Positions 58,201-64,000 of a stretch of DNA of 64,000 nucleotides are shown here, one piece after another. This DNA comes from the human T2T-CHM13v2.0 reference genome, Homo sapiens. Position 1 is the first letter of the stretch. The number at the start of each line of letters is the position of its first letter. The position numbers and the translations under genes were made by a program. Location: NCBI RefSeq assembly GCF_009914755.1, contig NC_060932.1; one strand, given 5' to 3'. The notes below the pieces were generated by a model. The model did no database searches, had not been told where the DNA came from, and saw only the letters and a program-made list of their open reading frames with translations.

Positions 58201-58830
58201 TAAGGGAAAGTATAGGGAAAGTTATTATAATAATTGAAATAAATGTTCCGAGGTAAGTCAGTGGCAGTAGAACTGGAAAAGGAGATAATCTGATGCATGC
58301 ATGGAACTAAATTTTTAGAGAATTGTGGAAGAAGGAGTAGCACTAGAGGGTGAATCAGAGGTTACTGGAGGAGAGTAATGATACCAATAGAGATAGCAAA
58401 CACAGGATGCTGTGGGTTTGTGTGGGCAAATGTGTTTGACAGATGTAAAGATTTACATGTGAAGATAAAAACAAAGTCCTGGCAATGTCCATTGAAATCT
58501 CAGGAAGGATCTCAGCAATAAAGACTATAAATTTTACATGAAGTATGAAAGCTGAAGGTTTGGGAAGAGCTCAGATGGAAGAGGAAAAAAATGTGATTAG
58601 GGCACGGGGGACTAGAGAAAGGGAGGGGAGGACAGCGCTATAAGGAACACCACATTTTAGGCAGGCAAAAGAGATTTAAAAAGAGAATTGAGGACATTAG
58701 GAAAGGATCAAGAGGAAGTCATGTTCTCAAAGTAGAAATGCTCCTGTGTGCAGGGTCAGACTTGACCTAGAGGCAGAAGGGAAGGAGGCTTTGGAAGGAG
58801 ACAGTGGTGTTTCAATCAGAAATTACTTGG

Positions 58831-58974
58831 TGTAATCCCAGCACTTTGGGAGGCCTAGGCAGGAGGATCACTTAAGGACAGGAGTTTCAGTCTGCAGTGA
58901 GCTATGATCATGCCACTGCACTCCAGCCTGGGTGACAGAGTGAGACCTTGTCTCTACAAACATTTTTTTAAATA
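58831..58974 (+). mobile_element. Alu monomer (FRAM/AluJ-like)
   Basis: Single monomer; TSD aaattacttgg on both sides. Confidence 0.85.
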
Positions 58975-59527
58975 AATTACTTGGAAACTATGTGAGGAAT
59001 TATCATATTCAATCAATCGCTAACTCAAGTGTCTTTTTTTCCTGGAAAACCTCTTGATTCACTGCAATTTCCTCCATTCACTTTGCCACTACCCTATCCA
59101 TGCCACCACCAACTCTCTTCTGCCCTGTGGCAATTGCCGCTGCTGACTTCCTCATCCTGACATGCCTATCTTACCATGCCCTCCTGTTTGTTCTCTGAAC
59201 TGCCACCAGAGACATTTTTCTAAAAGAAAAATCTAATTTTAATCATCTCAGTGTAGCGTCATGAATACCCTGAGTGATCTGACCCCACTTTATACCTCAC
59301 CAAATCTCGTGTCATTCCCAGCCTCTCCTCTGTATGCTCCAGGATCTCCATCTCTTGAATGTGCCTTGCTCTGTCTTCCCTATGCTGTCTTTTCTCCTGA
59401 AATGATGCTTCAACCCTACTTCTCTGGCTCTCTCCCACTTGTTGTTGCTTTCAACTTAAAGGTCAATGCTCTTGGGAAGACCTGAATGAATGCAATCCTC
59501 CGAGGCTGCTGCTTCAAGTGCTCCCCT

Positions 59528-59934
59528 CCACTGGGATGGGCTGGAGCCGGCTCTGGAGAGCCAGTTGTCAAATTTTCAGTATTCTGCAAGCTGACTGCTA
59601 CACAAAGCCATTCTTAAAATTTTAACTAAATAAACTTACAATCAAATAAATTTTATTAGCATCAAAACTAACAAATTCATCCCTATTTTTTACTACATTT
59701 TATTATTATCTTCGGTCTCAGGGTTATTATGCCTACTGTGTCTGCACGCTAGAAGTGCTATATTATGATGAACTTCTGTGCATCTCTTCCCAACTCCACA
59801 TTCAGTGATATCATTTCGGTAACTAGGAATTGGCCATGGTGAGATTATTTATAGAACAGATACTGACAAATGCTGCAAATCAGGGCTCCCTGCTCCTCAG
59901 AGCCAATTTACAAACATTTACCAGCACACAACTG
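59528..59934. mobile_element. MER63B-like hAT-Blackjack DNA transposon
   Basis: gctggagccggct…gagagccagttgtcaaattttcag…aaacatttaccagcacacaactg. Confidence 0.75.
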
Positions 59935-60560
59935 TCCTTTATGCTTCTCTCCCTCTCCTTACACATCATAAAACTTATTTCTTGAATTATGGCTATCATC
60001 TAATAGATGATGGGCTCAGTAAGGTGAGAGACAATGTATTTCCACCATGTCAACATGCTATTAATGAAAATTTGTTGCAGTCATTATGTCTGGTTTATAT
60101 AAGCCACTGAAATTATGACAAAGCAAAGCCCCTGGAAAGTTGAATAAGGAACGTGGTTGATAACCATGCAATCTTCAACAGCTAGCTCAGTGGGCATTCA
60201 ATAAATATGTGTTGGATTAATTCATGATGAATGAATGATTGAATGAATTTTTGAAAAGAGTAATATTCCTGCCTAAGTAACACTGGTTCACTCTGCATAA
60301 GGATGCTGGATAGCTGGATGGGGAATCAAAAGGAGAATAGAAAAGTCTTGGAACCACAATGTGCTGTACCAGAAAGGAACTAAGGCAGGAAATTAAAATA
60401 AACTTCAAGAGAAAAAAATTCAAGTTTCTCTAAAACAAAATTTAAAAAATCACAGTCAATGGGAATAGTTTCACTTTGAAGTATTACATACTCTAAAGCA
60501 GCAATATTAGATCATTTTCCAGTGCAGATAATTGATAGAACTAGAAAATAATAGTTTTAC

Positions 60561-60730
60561 CTGGAAGACTGGAGTATCTGAGCATGGCACTCTGTGTCTT
60601 GGCTTCCCCAGCGGAATTTCTGGCCATGCACTGATAGACACCTTGGTCTGACTCTCTGGTGTTTCGGATCATGAGTGTGCCATCATCAAACACATTAAGT
60701 CGAGTATCATCTTCCAAATCCAATGAGTGG
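60561..60730 (-). CDS. PXDNL: PXDNL coding exon (~exon 9), C-terminal half of Ig-like domain 1
   Basis: 170 bp; acceptor tttccag|CCAC, donor CCAG|gtaaaa; encodes HSLDLEDDTRLNVFDDGTLMIRNTRESDQGVYQCMARNSAGEAKTQSAMLRYSSLP with the Ig I-set DxGxYxC motif. Confidence 0.96.
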
Positions 60731-62210
60731 CTGGAAATATAGGTTATACATGTATATTATTTAATCCCATTCATGTTTAAAACTCTTAACAAGACTGAGA
60801 ATATAGTACTATATAGCTATGTTTCATGTCTACCAAATTTGTTAAATTTATTTTATCTGAATAATTTTAATTATTTCACTTTAAATCCTAGTTATCTTGT
60901 TCCTATTTCAAGAATACACCCTGAACAAAGGCTCTGAGTCAACATTTGATAGAGGGAAATGAGGTTGAGATGTTCTGCCTTCCTGAGTGGCATGAATTTA
61001 GACACTGAAGCAAGCGCTCCCATATGACAGACACTTCAGCACATTTTTATATATTTGAATGCCCACTTTTCAGAAAAGAAATCACCAGATGGTAATATGT
61101 AATCCTTTTACCTCCTTCCATGAGTCATTCAGTATTCTTTCATATTTTGTTAAAGTGTAAAAAAAATATTCCTATTCAAACCAGCACGGGCTCAAAGCCA
61201 AGTATAATTATATGACTAAGCAATAAATAACAAACCTAACCTACCAAGTTGTTGAATATTAGGCCCCCTTCTCTGAGGTGCACCATTTGGATATACTAGG
61301 AAAGTCCCATTTATCAATTAAGTGCATAATCCATTGAGTGCAAGTAGGTTCAGATGTGCAACACCATATCACATCAATAATCATAAGAAAGGGAGGGCCT
61401 GCATGAGTTATTTTTAACAATAAATGCAAAGCTACTGACACAGAAACATATGTTAGAAATGTTTACAGATTTTTTTTCTGGCAAAGATTTTTTTCCTTTA
61501 AAAATATTTAATGATTATGTATGAGAAGGTATATAGATTTTCACATGTGTACACTTAGTACTAATGAACGTTTTAGGCATAGATAAAGGAAATCTACTCT
61601 CCTCCATCTTCATCACTCAATACATATTTTCTAAACACCGATGTTTTGTCACCCATAAAAACATCATTCCCAGAAAAGAAAAAGTGCATTAGGAGAATTC
61701 CATAGTTCTCCCTTTAACTCATGTATTTGTTTTATAAAGCCAGGTAAACATTTTCCCACTAATTTCAAAATGTACCCACACTAAAGAATAACAGCCTATT
61801 CCCACATAGGTAAAAACAGTAAAGTTTGTTAAAGAGATGAATAAATTGTCATTCTTATCTAACCATTTTTTGTTGTGAAAGATAAGAAAGAAACAGACAA
61901 TGGCCATATTTGACTTTTATGTTTTAGAGCGGAATCACAGAGTGAAGGCAGGAAAGATGAAGACAATCTGATCTTCTTCAGCTATTGGGTATAAAAACCC
62001 AATGTGAAGAAGTACCAATTAGCCAAAAAAGAAATTCGAGTTGTCATTTTTGAACAGATTAGTTTCAGAAAAAACAGGCATGCTTTTGAAAAGCCAGCAA
62101 TGCAAGACAAAGGCAAGAAAAGGAGAAACTGGATGCTCCTATCCATATCACCCGTGAAGTTTCTCAGTGTAAGTAGCATGAAACGAACATCAGAAAGAAT
62201 GTTTTTTCAA

Positions 62211-62294
62211 GGCCAGGTGCAGTGCCTCATGCCTGTAATCCCAGCACTTTGGGAGGCCAAGGCAGGCAGATCGCCTGAGGTCAGGAGTTCAAGA
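62211..62294 (+). mobile_element. Alu left-arm fragment
   Basis: First ~84 nt of AluS, then abrupt end. Confidence 0.88.
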
Positions 62295-63028
62295 AATAAT
62301 ATTTTTTCTTAAAGTTCCCCATTCAAGGGGCTCATTTAGTATTAAGCAATTTAATTATTTTAAATGCAATTCTAAAATTATCTAACACTGAACCCAAATA
62401 AGACTACTTGCAAAGGAATATGACAAATGATGAAATCACATTTTTCAGAAGGTGATTTAAGTTCCTGGAATTTTGTTCCAAAACTTTGCAGCCCAAAATT
62501 TCAAAGGCTACCAGATGTGTATGTGCTATCTATCATCTGGCTACACAATGCAATAGAATTCACCAGGATTCATTATGTTAAAAATGATATAAAACAGGCA
62601 GTAGCACATCACACCCATAAATTCAAAATGCATCATTCCTTTTCCTAGTAATTTCCCTCTTTGTCCATAACCTCTTCGTTATGCTCATAAAACTTGTTTG
62701 CTCATGAATCATGATGTTCCTTCCCAAAAAATCAAAGTCTTCATGTTTCAATATATTCCATTCACATTGTCAGTTTGATGCAAATAGCAATCATATGTAA
62801 AAACACAAAGGTTTGCAGAGGTAGAATATATCTGAATATATTCTATTTTTCCTTGAAAATGTACAAATAAACATATTTGATTTAATGAAGACATACAAAT
62901 AACTTCTATTAAGGTGTTTCATTACAACAGTCATTTGTTAAGTGCTTTCTAAGAACTAGGTGCTGTAGCTAGATACCAGAAATATTGACAAACAAGTTAT
63001 CACCACACAAATTAAAACTATCTTCTAT

Positions 63029-63327
63029 GGTCACGCACAGTGACTCACACCTGTGATGCCAGCACTATGGGAGGCTGAGGTGGGAGGATTGCTTGAGGCC
63101 AGGAGCTTGAGACAAGCCTGGGCAACACAGTGAGACCCTGTCTCTACAAAAAAAATCTAAAAATTAGCCAGATATGGTGGCATAAGCCTGTAGTCCCAGC
63201 TACTTGGAGGCTGAGGTAGGAGGATTGCTTGAGCTCAGAAGTTCAAGCCTGCAGTGAACTATAATTGTGCCACTGAACTCCAGCCTGGGCAACAGAGTGA
63301 GACTGTCTGTCTCAAAAAAAAAAAAAA
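63029..63327 (+). mobile_element. AluJ
   Basis: Diverged dimeric Alu with ggaggattgcttgag in both arms. Confidence 0.92.
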
Positions 63328-63489
63328 TCTTCCATATACAAAACCACCATCAACCACAAATTATAGTATAGTTGTAAAGTTTGCTTATAATCTACTGGAA
63401 CTATCAATCATATTTACCATGTTTACTAGAATATGAATTTATTTAGAATGGCCTAAATTTCCATAGCTAAACCTCAACATTATGAAAAG

Positions 63490-64000
63490 TGTGGAAGACA
63501 GCCAACTAGATGCAGCCAGGAAGCCCTTCTCCCACCAAGAGAAGCCAAAATACTGAAAAAGCCATCACACTTTAAACAGATCTTTTGAGGGAAAACACTG
63601 AGAGTTGCTAGAGGGGAAACACAGCCACTGAGGCTGAATAGGATGGAAGCTGGGAAGCCTGCACAGAGTCGCCAAGTGCCAAGACCCGTTCCTAGTCCTG
63701 ATCAGGTCCTAAAGAAGAGGTGAGTGAAGGAAACTGCAGGGCACCACACCCCCACAATGGACCTCTGGGATCCTAGCTGCAAGAGATCCCACGACCCCCA
63801 TAGACATTTTAATTGGTGGAGGATCTGCCGGAGAGAAGGCAGAGGCAGAGCATGAGCCTGCATGGAGCCCAGGTTTTACACACGGGGCAACTCCAGCAAA
63901 ATGTGACCATAGGTGCCCATGCCCCAAGGCTCTCCATCTTGCTCTGAGTCACTCCAGCCCCTGCTGACTGCTGGGCTGGGATAGAGCAGGGCTGCCTTTC
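63490..64000 (+). mobile_element. L1 5'UTR (L1PB/L1M-type), continues beyond window
   Basis: Shift to GC-richer sequence beginning ggaagacagccaactagatgcagccagg, resembling old L1 5' ends. Confidence 0.55.

Overview
Human (AT-rich, Alu/L1-rich) genomic DNA from inside the PXDNL (peroxidasin-like) gene, which runs on the minus strand. Nine consecutive coding exons can be read with canonical GT-AG boundaries and consistent phase; they are probably exons 9-17 (numbering recalled, not verified). They encode the Ig-like domains, the linker and most of the haem-peroxidase domain, whose active-site motifs are degenerate. The largest exon (1495 bp) contains a CpG island. The introns hold about 18 Alu copies or fragments, L1, L2, MIR, DNA transposons and solo LTRs (LTR12C, MER41, MaLRs). 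The most notable structures are: a BRIX1 processed pseudogene fused to a 5'-truncated L1PB, with one target-site duplication around the whole chimera; a pristine 5'-truncated AluYb8; a sense-oriented LTR12C with an altered poly(A) signal; a MER1A with a doubled terminus; an in-frame alternative splice donor; and a possible internal transcription unit at the CpG-island exon. No RNA genes or CRISPR-like arrays were seen. Repeat subfamily names come from recalled consensus sequences, not from a search.
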